Assembly (NCBI GenBank): GCA_030583725.1
Contig: CP129472.1
Coordinates: 270,958 to 334,957, forward strand
Length of the DNA stretch: 64,000 nucleotides
From: a bacterium
GTDB taxonomy: Bacteria > Patescibacteriota > Microgenomatia > UBA8517
Direction: 5' to 3'
Below are positions 9,609 to 18,918 of the stretch, in pieces. Under the pieces are notes generated by a model. The model did not search any database, had not been told where the DNA came from, and was given only the letters and a program-made list of their open reading frames with translations. The translations under genes and the position numbers were made by a program. The first letter of the stretch is position 1; every line of letters begins with the position of its first letter.

Positions 9609-11639
9609 TTACAAATCTATAGTCACAAGCACGTTTCTATTATAATTAGCTGCATTACCATACTTATTTTTATCAATTCTAGTACTAGCACCACTCCATG
9701 TGATGTTAATTTTAGAATCTTCAAGTGCTTTAACCGACCGGATTAATTTAACCAAAGTTCTTATGTCAACTATATTTTGACTAGAATACTTTCCGAAATT
9801 AATACTATCTCTGTCATGTTCAAGAACAACAATTCTCTTTGAGCTTAATGAGGCTCTTTCTAAAACCTTAACAAAACTCTTAAAAGACACACCATTACCT
9901 AACAATATATGCATGATCACTGTTTCAGTATCACCAATACCTTTTGTTTTTATATACTTATCATAATTTACAGTCCTAAGATGTTCATGAAAACCCCATG
10001 TACCTTCTTTTTTATGTATTATTTCTACAGTATTGCCAATAAGAAGTGGTTTAACTTCACCCCATAACCACTGGTGCGAATCTGACCTTTCAATTAACAA
10101 TTTCTGAGAATTAAATATATTTCCTTGACTATCAACTAGCCAAAAATGCCCACTAACCTTTTTAATGAAATCATTGAAACCAATAAAACCATCAATCCAC
10201 TGTTTTCGAAATGAACTGATTATATGTTTTGGAATTATTGTATTTTCAACTTCACTTAAAGAATGGTCAGCATACGAGTCATTTAACCAATCCTCCTCTC
10301 CGATATTGCTCGTATATAAAACTCCACCATCCTTTACGAAACCAACTACTTTCTCATCCACAATAGTAGCTGTTTTAATTTTAGAATTTATTAGAACGTT
10401 TTTTACATAACCATAGTTTTTTGCAAACTCACTGTTTCTGTAAACAACATTCACGGCAGGTCCCGGTTTAAACATCTCCTCGTTAAGTATAGTAATACTT
10501 TGGCACATTGAATTATTATCAATTATTAATGTTGGTAACTCATTGTTTAATTTGAGATATTTGGCAAAAGCGATTTTTTTAATTGTTTTATAAAAAATTT
10601 CCCTATCGCTTACAACATTAACCAGTTTTTTGTAAATCTTTGGGTCATATTCCTGCCTTAAAAATATTTCGTTATTTGCATTGTATCTTCTCACAAACAA
10701 ATTCTCTATAAAATTTTCAAAAGTTTTGGAGATACTCATAATTTCAACCAACAGCTTTAGATATCTAACTTGATAGTCGTTTATATCAAAAAGTAAAATT
10801 TCTTTTGGTTTAATGTGTGGAATGATATTCAAAAAAAACAAACTTCCGATTACAGATGCAAACTTTCTATTGCTAACTTTCTCCTTATCGATATCTTCAA
10901 AGTTATTAAGTATCTGGATAGAATCACAGTTAAAAAAATATACAGGAAAATCCGCTTTGTCATTCTTTTCGACAGGTAATAGCCCAGCTAAATTCAAGAG
11001 TCTCGACTTGTGTATATTTTTTTTACAGTAAATCAAACTGTTACCGTCACGAGACAGTATCTGTGTTGAATCCACCTTAAATCCATTTTTGTTTAGTAAA
11101 ATTTTAAGTGTCTCGTGGTCAATAAACCTTTTAATTTCATTGTTTGAGTTTAAAAATAAGGTATTTAATCTAGTAACAAAACTGGACTGCAGATATCTTT
11201 TTTTTGTTACCCAATCTTTTTGCTCTAATTTACCACCAATTTTCGATAAAGCTATTTTGGAATCCAGAAACAAAACCTTAAGATCTGAAGAATTGTTAAT
11301 TATACGATTACACTCACCCAAAAAATCTTCATATACAGTTTGATCTTGTATCTCCTCTAAAAAGTATTCAACCAGTATTTCATCAACACTACTGTCGTCA
11401 AAATATAATCTTATAGGTTTGTTACTATCTACTTGTATATCACACTTATAACTGAAACCAACGGTCAGATATCCTTGACGACTGTCGCCATTATTTAAAA
11501 GCAACCTTACTTTCCCATATCTACTTTTATAATGTTGAAAAACTGTTTTGTGTGCAATCGGTATATTAACAAACTTACCAATAACTTTTTTAATGATAAA
11601 TGGTATATATTTTGAAACTATTGGTACGATTTTTTTCAT
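9609..11639 (-). CDS. Large soluble protein of unknown function (676 aa) adjacent to the Wzt/Wzm exporter
   Basis: Long uninterrupted ORF with no transmembrane segments and no canonical motif that I can assign. The C-terminal region (TETVIMHILLGNGVSFKSFVKVL...IVVLEHDRD) is faintly Rossmann/MTase-like. Position is in an operon with CapA-like, FkbM, Wzt and Wzm. Confidence 0.8.
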   Translation of the reverse strand: MKKIVPIVSKYIPFIIKKVIGKFVNIPIAHKTVFQHYKSRYGKVRLLLNNGDSRQGYLTVGFSYKCDIQVDSNKPIRLYFDDSSVDEILVEYFLEEIQDQTVYEDFLGECNRIINNSSDLKVLFLDSKIALSKIGGKLEQKDWVTKKRYLQSSFVTRLNTLFLNSNNEIKRFIDHETLKILLNKNGFKVDSTQILSRDGNSLIYCKKNIHKSRLLNLAGLLPVEKNDKADFPVYFFNCDSIQILNNFEDIDKEKVSNRKFASVIGSLFFLNIIPHIKPKEILLFDINDYQVRYLKLLVEIMSISKTFENFIENLFVRRYNANNEIFLRQEYDPKIYKKLVNVVSDREIFYKTIKKIAFAKYLKLNNELPTLIIDNNSMCQSITILNEEMFKPGPAVNVVYRNSEFAKNYGYVKNVLINSKIKTATIVDEKVVGFVKDGGVLYTSNIGEEDWLNDSYADHSLSEVENTIIPKHIISSFRKQWIDGFIGFNDFIKKVSGHFWLVDSQGNIFNSQKLLIERSDSHQWLWGEVKPLLIGNTVEIIHKKEGTWGFHEHLRTVNYDKYIKTKGIGDTETVIMHILLGNGVSFKSFVKVLERASLSSKRIVVLEHDRDSINFGKYSSQNIVDIRTLVKLIRSVKALEDSKINITWSGASTRIDKNKYGNAANYNRNVLVTIDL

Positions 11640-11640
11640 T

Positions 11641-12810
11641 TTATTTAAAATTATTTTTGATGTATTTCTTTAAATAACCATATTTCTGAACAAAAATATC
11701 ATTAAATTTCTTTGTAATCTCTGAATATTTTATTTTCAATGCTCTTTCAATAAATTCGGAGTGAGACTTATTTCTAATTAAATTCAAGAATAGGAGCTCT
11801 CTGTTTTCTTCTCTCTCAATATCTGCTTGTTTAACATACCATCTTCGACTACTAGCATCTAGTATGCGTTGTACATACCTACCATAATAGTCTTTGTACA
11901 TGTCAACAGATTGTACTTGCAACATCAAATCGTAATCATTCTGAGTTAATAAAATATCATTTATTCTGCTTAAATAATCCAGTTGATTAACGGTTAGCTC
12001 ATCGATATTTAATTTACCGGCACTCACATTAGCTGCATATGGTTTTACAGATATTTGACCTCTAGAATCATCTACAAGGAGTTTTAACAACATCCCCCAA
12101 GATTTAGAGTACGAGTCGTGTATAAAATTACCTAAACTATAAAAAATATATTTGCTTTTATATATTTCATAACCCTGTGGAACATGTGGGTGGTGGCCAA
12201 TAATGATGTCCGCACCTGCATCTATTATTTCTCTATATCTTGAATAGATATATTTTGAGGGCAATGGCACTTCTTCACCACCGCCATGCGGGCAAACAAT
12301 TACCACTTTTCTTTTTTTCTTTAATACTTGTATTGATTTTATAATTTCACTGCCATAAATACTCAGATACCCTGAAGTGTTAGACGAGGCCACACCAAAT
12401 TCCTCTTCAGCAGTAGACAACACTACAATGTTTGTTTTTCCCAGAGTCATTGGTCGTGTAGCGTTTTGTATGTTTTTTCCAAAACCTGTGTGACCAATTC
12501 CCTTGTTCATTAAGTAGTCTATTGTGTAATCAAGTCCGTCTTGACCATAATCAAATATATGGTTGTTGGCTCCAACGAGATAATTTACACCTAAATTGGC
12601 TAGTAATGCATTGAGACTATCTGTTTTCTGAGCTAGATTTGGTCCAGATTTTTTGTGTGAATATGCTTTTTTTCGACCATCTAAGACAGGCGCTTCCAAA
12701 TTAAGGATCGAAAAATCAGAATTATTAAATAGATTGATATTATCCTTAATTAAGTAACTATGTTTCAGATACAAATCACCACCAATTGTTATTTTATACA
12801 TTTTTTTCAT
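11641..12810 (-). CDS. CapA/PGA_cap-family metallophosphatase
   Basis: 389 aa. NNHIFDYG ... IIGHHPHVPQGYE ... LGNFI matches the calcineurin-like metallophosphoesterase motifs of the poly-gamma-glutamate capsule protein CapA family. Confidence 0.72.
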   Translation of the reverse strand: MKKMYKITIGGDLYLKHSYLIKDNINLFNNSDFSILNLEAPVLDGRKKAYSHKKSGPNLAQKTDSLNALLANLGVNYLVGANNHIFDYGQDGLDYTIDYLMNKGIGHTGFGKNIQNATRPMTLGKTNIVVLSTAEEEFGVASSNTSGYLSIYGSEIIKSIQVLKKKRKVVIVCPHGGGEEVPLPSKYIYSRYREIIDAGADIIIGHHPHVPQGYEIYKSKYIFYSLGNFIHDSYSKSWGMLLKLLVDDSRGQISVKPYAANVSAGKLNIDELTVNQLDYLSRINDILLTQNDYDLMLQVQSVDMYKDYYGRYVQRILDASSRRWYVKQADIEREENRELLFLNLIRNKSHSEFIERALKIKYSEITKKFNDIFVQKYGYLKKYIKNNFK

Positions 12811-13627
12811 TTAAGACGGCTAAAACGTCACCATGTTTTTGATTATCCCAAATATTGTTTTTTAATATTTTTGTATCTCCATTTGCAAATATTTCAAACA
12901 ATCTATAACTTTTATCTTTAAAAAAAGATATTACTGATTGTGCATCTCGCTTATGCCATACAAGCATTTTTGGTGAAATTTCAAATATTATTTTTTTGAT
13001 TTTACCATTTTTGATCATTTTTTTAGCACCATTAAGAACATCAAGTTCAGCACCCTCAACATCAATTTTTAATAAATCTATATTACTTATATTATTATTT
13101 TTACAAAATCTATCAATCGTGACAGTTTTAACTTTCGCTGTTGTAACTTCGTTTTTGTTTATATCATCATCCAATTTTGGATCACCTAATGACTGCCAAC
13201 CATTTTGATTACGTATAATACTCAAAAGCATGAATGAATCTTTATGGCTTACTGCCTGATTATATACATATTTCGTAGGCATGCGATTTAAACTTAAATT
13301 ATCTTTTATCTTTTTTATATTTTTCTTATCAGCTTCAAATGAATAAACTTTTCCCTCTTTGCAAACTGTTTTCCAAAATGGAACAGATATTGCACCAATA
13401 CACGCGCCAATATCAAAGCAAGTATCTCCCTTTTTTAAATTTTTATATGCATAATTGACAACATTAAGTGAATCAGTTACAGATTTTCTGTTAAAATTAA
13501 AGATCAAATCATCTTTTTTATCTTGCCAATACAAATTACCATCAGAACTGAGGAACTTATGTCTATAACTAGAAATATAAATTCTAATTTTTACTAGATG
13601 TAAATAAATTTTTTTGTTTATATCCAT
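12794..13627 (-). CDS. FkbM-family SAM-dependent methyltransferase
   Basis: 277 aa. CFDIGACIGAISV ... IDLLKIDVEGAELDVL matches the Methyltransf_21/FkbM signature. Confidence 0.8.
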   Translation of the reverse strand: MDINKKIYLHLVKIRIYISSYRHKFLSSDGNLYWQDKKDDLIFNFNRKSVTDSLNVVNYAYKNLKKGDTCFDIGACIGAISVPFWKTVCKEGKVYSFEADKKNIKKIKDNLSLNRMPTKYVYNQAVSHKDSFMLLSIIRNQNGWQSLGDPKLDDDINKNEVTTAKVKTVTIDRFCKNNNISNIDLLKIDVEGAELDVLNGAKKMIKNGKIKKIIFEISPKMLVWHKRDAQSVISFFKDKSYRLFEIFANGDTKILKNNIWDNQKHGDVLAVLNEKNV

Positions 13628-13634
13628 TTTCTAA

Positions 13635-14876
13635 TTAATAATTTGACCACTTACTATCAATCAGAAAAGGACTATGATTTACCACAATTTTGGATGCATT
13701 ATTAAAAAAATCACCAGAATTTACTTGGAAATTTTTTACAACTCCCGGATTATCCACAACACCATTTTTATTCTCTAAATATAGACCAATCTTGTATCTA
13801 CCTTCAGACAAAGGAAATGAATTAATCGAACATTTGAAAATATTTTTTTTGGTCATAAGTTTAATATCAAATTTTTTATAATCGGTCCTATGTAAAATTA
13901 ATGAATGTTCAAAATTATCCAAAATAGAAAAACTAATTTTAAAGTCTGTCAATTTCTTTTTACCCCTTTGTCTTATTTCAAATACAAAATTGACATCCTG
14001 TCCACTTCTTATTGATTCAATTTTATTTCCTCTGGAATTCTCTAACCAAAAACGAGTAAATTGATACTCTTGTGAACCTTGTCTGTTTGCAGCAACTATA
14101 TTGTCATCATTTTGCAAGTCATTACTTCTAGACATATATTTGTCTATCACCTTATCAGTATCCCCATGCGTCGTTATTTTTCCTCCATCAAGTAATATGC
14201 ATTTAGAACAAAGGCCTTCTATTGCACTTAAATTGTGACTAACAAATAAAATAGTCCTTCCTTCATTTTTAGTTATATCTTCCATCTTTCCTAAAGATTT
14301 TTTTTGAAATTCAGCATCCCCTACCGAAAGAACCTCATCTACTAATAAAATCTCCGGTTCCAAAAAAGCAGCCACGGAAAAGGCCAATCTTGTTGTCATT
14401 CCTGAAGAATAATATTTAACAGGTGTGTCTAAAAACTTTTCAACACCTGAAAAATCTACAATTTCATCAAACTTTTTCTTAATCTCATATTGTTTCATAC
14501 CAAGTATTGAACCATTTAAATAAATGTTTTCTCTACCTGACAACTCTTGATGGAAACCCGTACCAACTTCAAGCAAACTTCCCACTCTTCCCTTAATAAG
14601 AGCGCTACCACTTGTAGGTGGAGTTATTCTACTAAGAATCTTTAAAAGGGTTGACTTTCCTGCACCATTTCTACCAATCAAACCTAGAACCTCGCCTTTC
14701 TTGACATTAAAAGATACATCTTTTAATGCCCAAAATATCTTTCTAGCTTTCGATTCCCTACTTTTATTAAAAGAGAAGACTGACGATATTTTATCCCTCA
14801 AAGTGTCATAATGTGCACCCTGATTCATAACATACTTTTTAGATATCTTGTTTACCTCAATTATATTTTCAGACAT
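13635..14876 (-). CDS. wzt: ABC transporter ATP-binding protein Wzt/KpsT/TagH-type with a C-terminal extension of about 160 aa (Wzt_C-like glycan-binding domain)
   Basis: 413 aa. Walker A GRNGAGKST, signature SSGMTTRLAF, Walker B ILLVDEVLSVGD, H-loop VSH. The NBD ends near residue 250 and a hydrophilic beta-rich domain follows. It is adjacent to an ABC-2 permease. Confidence 0.88.
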   Translation of the reverse strand: MSENIIEVNKISKKYVMNQGAHYDTLRDKISSVFSFNKSRESKARKIFWALKDVSFNVKKGEVLGLIGRNGAGKSTLLKILSRITPPTSGSALIKGRVGSLLEVGTGFHQELSGRENIYLNGSILGMKQYEIKKKFDEIVDFSGVEKFLDTPVKYYSSGMTTRLAFSVAAFLEPEILLVDEVLSVGDAEFQKKSLGKMEDITKNEGRTILFVSHNLSAIEGLCSKCILLDGGKITTHGDTDKVIDKYMSRSNDLQNDDNIVAANRQGSQEYQFTRFWLENSRGNKIESIRSGQDVNFVFEIRQRGKKKLTDFKISFSILDNFEHSLILHRTDYKKFDIKLMTKKNIFKCSINSFPLSEGRYKIGLYLENKNGVVDNPGVVKNFQVNSGDFFNNASKIVVNHSPFLIDSKWSNY

Positions 14877-14882
14877 ATACTA

Positions 14883-15707
14883 TTAAATGACATCAGTAAA
14901 AACATCTTCAGTTTTCTTAAAAAGAAATATTCCAACCACTAACATAATTACAAGTGATGCTAATGATACAGGTATTAGGTCAAAATACAAAAATTGGCCC
15001 CCTGTAAACATCCATCTACCCGCTTCAATAACAATTGCCATCGGATTTATCGCCATTATCATTCTATTTCCTGGATCAACAATACTTAGTGGGTAAATTA
15101 CTGGAACCAAAAACATTGATATTTGAATAAAAAACGGCAAAACATATCTGACATCTCTATATCTTACATTAATCGACGAAAGTACAAGACCTAAACCCAG
15201 AGCGGTACCAATCGTAATTAATCCCAACACAGGGATCAAAAGCACTGATATCAACGCAGGGTAGTATGCTAAATAAACCGCTAATATTAAAAGAAGTGTT
15301 AGATTCAACCCAAAATCTACAAAAGATCCTAAGACTGCTGATATTGGTAGTATCAATCTTGGAAAATATACCTTTTTAACAATTCCTTCATTAACAACTA
15401 TAGAGTCGCTTGCCTTTGATATTGAATTTGAAAATAAGTTCCAAAATGTTAATCCAATTAAAGAGAATAATGTATAAGGTAGGTCGCCCGAAGGTATTTT
15501 TGCTAACTTACCGAAAAAAATGGTGAATATTATCATGCTAAATAAAGGCTGTAGAATTACCCACAATATTCCCAACACTGTCTGTTTATATCTGACTTTA
15601 AGATCACGCCATATAAAGACTTTCAGTAACTCACGAGAGTTAATAAGTTCTAAAAATGAGCTAGATACTCCCTTGACGGCATTAATTTCTATGTTTTTTT
15701 TATTCAT
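14883..15707 (-). CDS. wzm: ABC-2-type polysaccharide exporter permease Wzm
   Basis: 274 aa with 6 hydrophobic helices in the ABC2_membrane pattern, immediately upstream of the Wzt ATPase. Confidence 0.85.
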   Translation of the reverse strand: MNKKNIEINAVKGVSSSFLELINSRELLKVFIWRDLKVRYKQTVLGILWVILQPLFSMIIFTIFFGKLAKIPSGDLPYTLFSLIGLTFWNLFSNSISKASDSIVVNEGIVKKVYFPRLILPISAVLGSFVDFGLNLTLLLILAVYLAYYPALISVLLIPVLGLITIGTALGLGLVLSSINVRYRDVRYVLPFFIQISMFLVPVIYPLSIVDPGNRMIMAINPMAIVIEAGRWMFTGGQFLYFDLIPVSLASLVIMLVVGIFLFKKTEDVFTDVI

Positions 15708-15772
15708 ACTTCTTTAACTAATGTATATTTCTAATATCAAAAACATTGATCTCATGTTAGAATTTTACCATT
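15708..15772. promoter_or_regulatory. Divergent intergenic region (wzm on minus, GT2 on plus) with an extended -10-like element TGtTAGAAT close to the plus-strand ATG
   Basis: 65-bp AT-rich gap. TGTTAGAAT lies about 10 nt upstream of the ATG at 15773, with no Shine-Dalgarno sequence between them. This may indicate a short-leader or leaderless transcript. Confidence 0.25.
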
Positions 15773-16471
15773 ATGAAGGCAAAAAGAGTATCTATAGTAA
15801 TGCCAGTTTTTAATGAGGCCTCAACTATTTCAAAAATTATCTCAGATGTTTTGAAATCGGATGTTCTTGGACTTAGAAAAGAAGTTATTGTTGTTGACGA
15901 TGGGTCTACTGATGACACTTTTAAAATACTATCTAAAATCAAGAGTGCCAGACTAAAAATTATTGCTTTAAAAAGAAACATGGGTAAAGGTTATGCCCTC
16001 CGAACTGGGTTTAAATACTCAACTGGTGACATCATTATTGTTCAAGATGCGGACCTTGAGTATTCACCAAAAGAATTTCCAAAACTATTAAAGCCAATTG
16101 TTCTTAATAAATCCAGAGTTGTATATGGCTCAAGAGAAATGTCAGGTAAAAATGTCCATTCCTCACTAATATTCCACGCAGGAGGTAGATTAGTTACTTT
16201 CATTACTAACTTGCTGTATGGGAGCAACTTGACGGATGAAGCCACGGGGTATAAAGTTTTTGATGCAAGGCTACTAAAAAAAATTAAATTGAAATGTATC
16301 CGTTTTGAATTTTGTCCAGAAGTTACAGCTCACATATTGAAGTCGAATGAGAAAATAGTTGAGGTACCAATTAAGTATAATGCAAGACATCGTCATGAAG
16401 GCAAAAAAATTAAAGCGAGAGATGGCATTGAAGCAATATTTACCCTACTCAGAATAAAATTTAATCTATGA
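15773..16471 (+). CDS. GT2 polyprenyl-phosphate hexosyltransferase (DPM1/ArnC/GtrB-like)
   Basis: 232 aa. SIVMPVFNEASTI ... VVDDGSTDDT ... VQDADLEY ... fits the dolichyl/undecaprenyl-phosphate sugar synthase layout. First gene of a plus-strand operon of three genes. Confidence 0.85.
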   Translation: MKAKRVSIVMPVFNEASTISKIISDVLKSDVLGLRKEVIVVDDGSTDDTFKILSKIKSARLKIIALKRNMGKGYALRTGFKYSTGDIIIVQDADLEYSPKEFPKLLKPIVLNKSRVVYGSREMSGKNVHSSLIFHAGGRLVTFITNLLYGSNLTDEATGYKVFDARLLKKIKLKCIRFEFCPEVTAHILKSNEKIVEVPIKYNARHRHEGKKIKARDGIEAIFTLLRIKFNL

Positions 16472-17052
16472 ATAGAAAAAGATCTTGGGGAGAAGAAAAT
16501 AAAAGTACTCTTGACACAATAATTGAATACTTGCGTTTTAACAAAATTAATAAATACATACCCCAGAACTGTGTTCTCCTCGATCTGGGTTGTGGATATA
16601 ACGGCACCTTACTAAAAAAATATAGAAACTCGATCAAAAAAGGTGTCGGAATCGACCTTTCTGTAAACGATAAAGACACAGATATAAAACTCATAGAAGG
16701 TCGTATCGACAAGAAAATCAAGTTACGAAGTAATGAATTTGATATTATTACATCATTGGCGGTCATTGAACACGTTGAGTCACCAAAAACAATGCTAAAA
16801 GAAGCTTATCGACTCCTCAAAAAGGATGGTATTCTCCTAATCACAACTCCATCAAAATACAATAAACCGATTTTAGAATTTTTAGCTTTTAGGATTAATG
16901 TTATCAGCAAAGATGAGATAAAAGATCACAAAAGATACTATGATAAATTTTCTCTTGAAAAAGAGTTGGCTCTGGCTGGCTTTTCAAAAAATAAAATAAA
17001 GGTAGAATATTTTCAACTTGGTTTAAATATATTTGCTATTGCTAAAAAATGA
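16468..17052 (+). CDS. Class I SAM-dependent methyltransferase
   Basis: 194 aa. VLLDLGCGYNGTL (motif I) ... DIITSLAVIEHVESP ... KDGILLITTP. ATGA-type overlaps with both neighbours. Confidence 0.7.
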   Translation: MNRKRSWGEENKSTLDTIIEYLRFNKINKYIPQNCVLLDLGCGYNGTLLKKYRNSIKKGVGIDLSVNDKDTDIKLIEGRIDKKIKLRSNEFDIITSLAVIEHVESPKTMLKEAYRLLKKDGILLITTPSKYNKPILEFLAFRINVISKDEIKDHKRYYDKFSLEKELALAGFSKNKIKVEYFQLGLNIFAIAKK

Positions 17053-18917
17053 ACAGGGTTGATTTACTATTATATTCTTTGTCATTCATCACTCTTGTTT
17101 GGATATATGCTTCTACTGGTAACCTATTCATTAAAAATCTCGGCAAAAGAATTCCTTCGATATCTGTATATGGCATTAGCACCTTAATAGGATTTGGTAT
17201 TATAAATAACATACTATTAATAGTAGGGATTATCTGGAGATTTGACCAAACTACAGTATTAACAACTCACGCAATATTTTTATTAATTTCTTTTTTTAGA
17301 CCTCCAATTACACTACTAGATGTCAAGAAACTAGTTACTTACATTGGAAATTCATGGCGTAAAAACTTATTACCCTATTTTTTTCTAGCATTGTCATCTG
17401 TAATACTTGGATCGTTATACTTATCAGCACTACAACCCCCTCATTCTCCAGACGAGTTACATTACCACCTGCCTCAAATACGACAGATATTAGAAGAAAA
17501 AGGTGTAGATATTCACTTTGGTGGTCACTTTTTTTATGGAAACATACCAAAGTTAGTAGAGGTGTCATTTGCAGGTGTTTCGACACTGTTTGACTATAAT
17601 TTCACACACTTAGTCAATCTATCAATCTTTATCGCCTTCTTGGTAGTGGTTTTTGGAATAATTAACCGAAAGTTTGGTCTATTCACTGCTTCATTATCCA
17701 CCATGCTTCTACTGATGTTTGATGACCTAACTTGGAATGCTACCACTGGATATATTGACACAGCAACTCTAAGTTTTGAAATATCTTCACTCATAATCCT
17801 TACCTATCTACTAACCACAAAAGACAAAATCGAGAAGTATGTGTATATCATTCCAGGATTGTTAATGGGGTTAGGGCTTGCCTCAAAATATTCACCGGCG
17901 CCAACGCTATTATATATGGGGGTATTGATGTTAATTTTTAGGAAGAAAATTATCTATTTTATAAACTTTGGGTTGGGTGTCTTTATCTTTGGATCTTTTT
18001 GGTATATGAAAAACTTATTGCTTTACCTCAATCCTTTCTATCCACTATATCTTGGACACAAAAATGTACCGGAGGATTTGTATAAATCACTTGTGGACGC
18101 AATACAAGAATTCGGCCCAAAAACCTTGAATTATTTCTTGAAAATAGTTTCTCGGTACTTAACAACTAACGGCACACTTGTATATTTAAGTATTTTTATT
18201 GCACCATTTGGATTAATAGAATGGAAAAAGAATAAGTTTGTATTGATATTATCTTTATACTATGTTTTATATTCAGCGTACTGGTTCTTCTTGGGTACTC
18301 ACCAAATTAGGTTTCTTGCACCTGCACTGGTGGTTGCCATACTTATTACTTCTTATCTAGTTAGTAAAATTAATCAAAAAATTATTTTTTGTATATCAAC
18401 CTTAGCTTTTTCTATACTATTTATATTAGGCCAACCGTGGTATTCCTTTTGGAATACCAAATTACGCGTAAACGAGCGGCAATACGCAGTTGGGAACCTA
18501 ACAGAATCTCAGTTTTTAAACAGACACTTTGGATGCCAGTATCAAGTAATTAAATATTTAGATGATAATAATATAGTTGGAAGCGTAATTGACAACTGGT
18601 CTGTCTGGCATGCACCATCTGTTTCTTTTTATGCGACTAAAAATCAATTCCAAACATACAGCACAACAACTTTAAAATCCGAACAACAAATTAAGCAGGA
18701 GATTAATGATGGAAATATTAGTTTTATTTATTTTAATTCCAAAGTTAGACAAAAACACTTATTAAACGATGATTCAATCGTGGTGAGAACTAGAGACGAA
18801 AAGCTTCCTGTTGAAAACTACCTACTTAAAAATAGTAAATTAGAATTTAATGAAAGCGACTGTTACTTATACAGAATAGATTTAAACAATGTGGTCACTG
18901 ATAAATTAATAAACTAG
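17049..18917 (+). CDS. Polytopic membrane protein, GT-C-like glycosyltransferase (partner of the upstream GT2 lipid-sugar synthase)
   Basis: 622 aa with 12 or more hydrophobic helices and a C-terminal hydrophilic domain of about 150 aa. It sits in an operon directly after a DPM1-like GT2, which is the classical lipid-linked-donor plus GT-C arrangement. Confidence 0.5.
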   Translation: MNRVDLLLYSLSFITLVWIYASTGNLFIKNLGKRIPSISVYGISTLIGFGIINNILLIVGIIWRFDQTTVLTTHAIFLLISFFRPPITLLDVKKLVTYIGNSWRKNLLPYFFLALSSVILGSLYLSALQPPHSPDELHYHLPQIRQILEEKGVDIHFGGHFFYGNIPKLVEVSFAGVSTLFDYNFTHLVNLSIFIAFLVVVFGIINRKFGLFTASLSTMLLLMFDDLTWNATTGYIDTATLSFEISSLIILTYLLTTKDKIEKYVYIIPGLLMGLGLASKYSPAPTLLYMGVLMLIFRKKIIYFINFGLGVFIFGSFWYMKNLLLYLNPFYPLYLGHKNVPEDLYKSLVDAIQEFGPKTLNYFLKIVSRYLTTNGTLVYLSIFIAPFGLIEWKKNKFVLILSLYYVLYSAYWFFLGTHQIRFLAPALVVAILITSYLVSKINQKIIFCISTLAFSILFILGQPWYSFWNTKLRVNERQYAVGNLTESQFLNRHFGCQYQVIKYLDDNNIVGSVIDNWSVWHAPSVSFYATKNQFQTYSTTTLKSEQQIKQEINDGNISFIYFNSKVRQKHLLNDDSIVVRTRDEKLPVENYLLKNSKLEFNESDCYLYRIDLNNVVTDKLIN

Positions 18918-18918
18918 T

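Noticed and set aside
9609-11639. Calling the 676-aa protein a WbdD-like kinase/methyltransferase outright
   Set aside because: No Walker/kinase catalytic-loop or SAM motif I could be identified by eye. Only genomic context supports a terminator role, so it is reported as a hypothesis and not as an annotation
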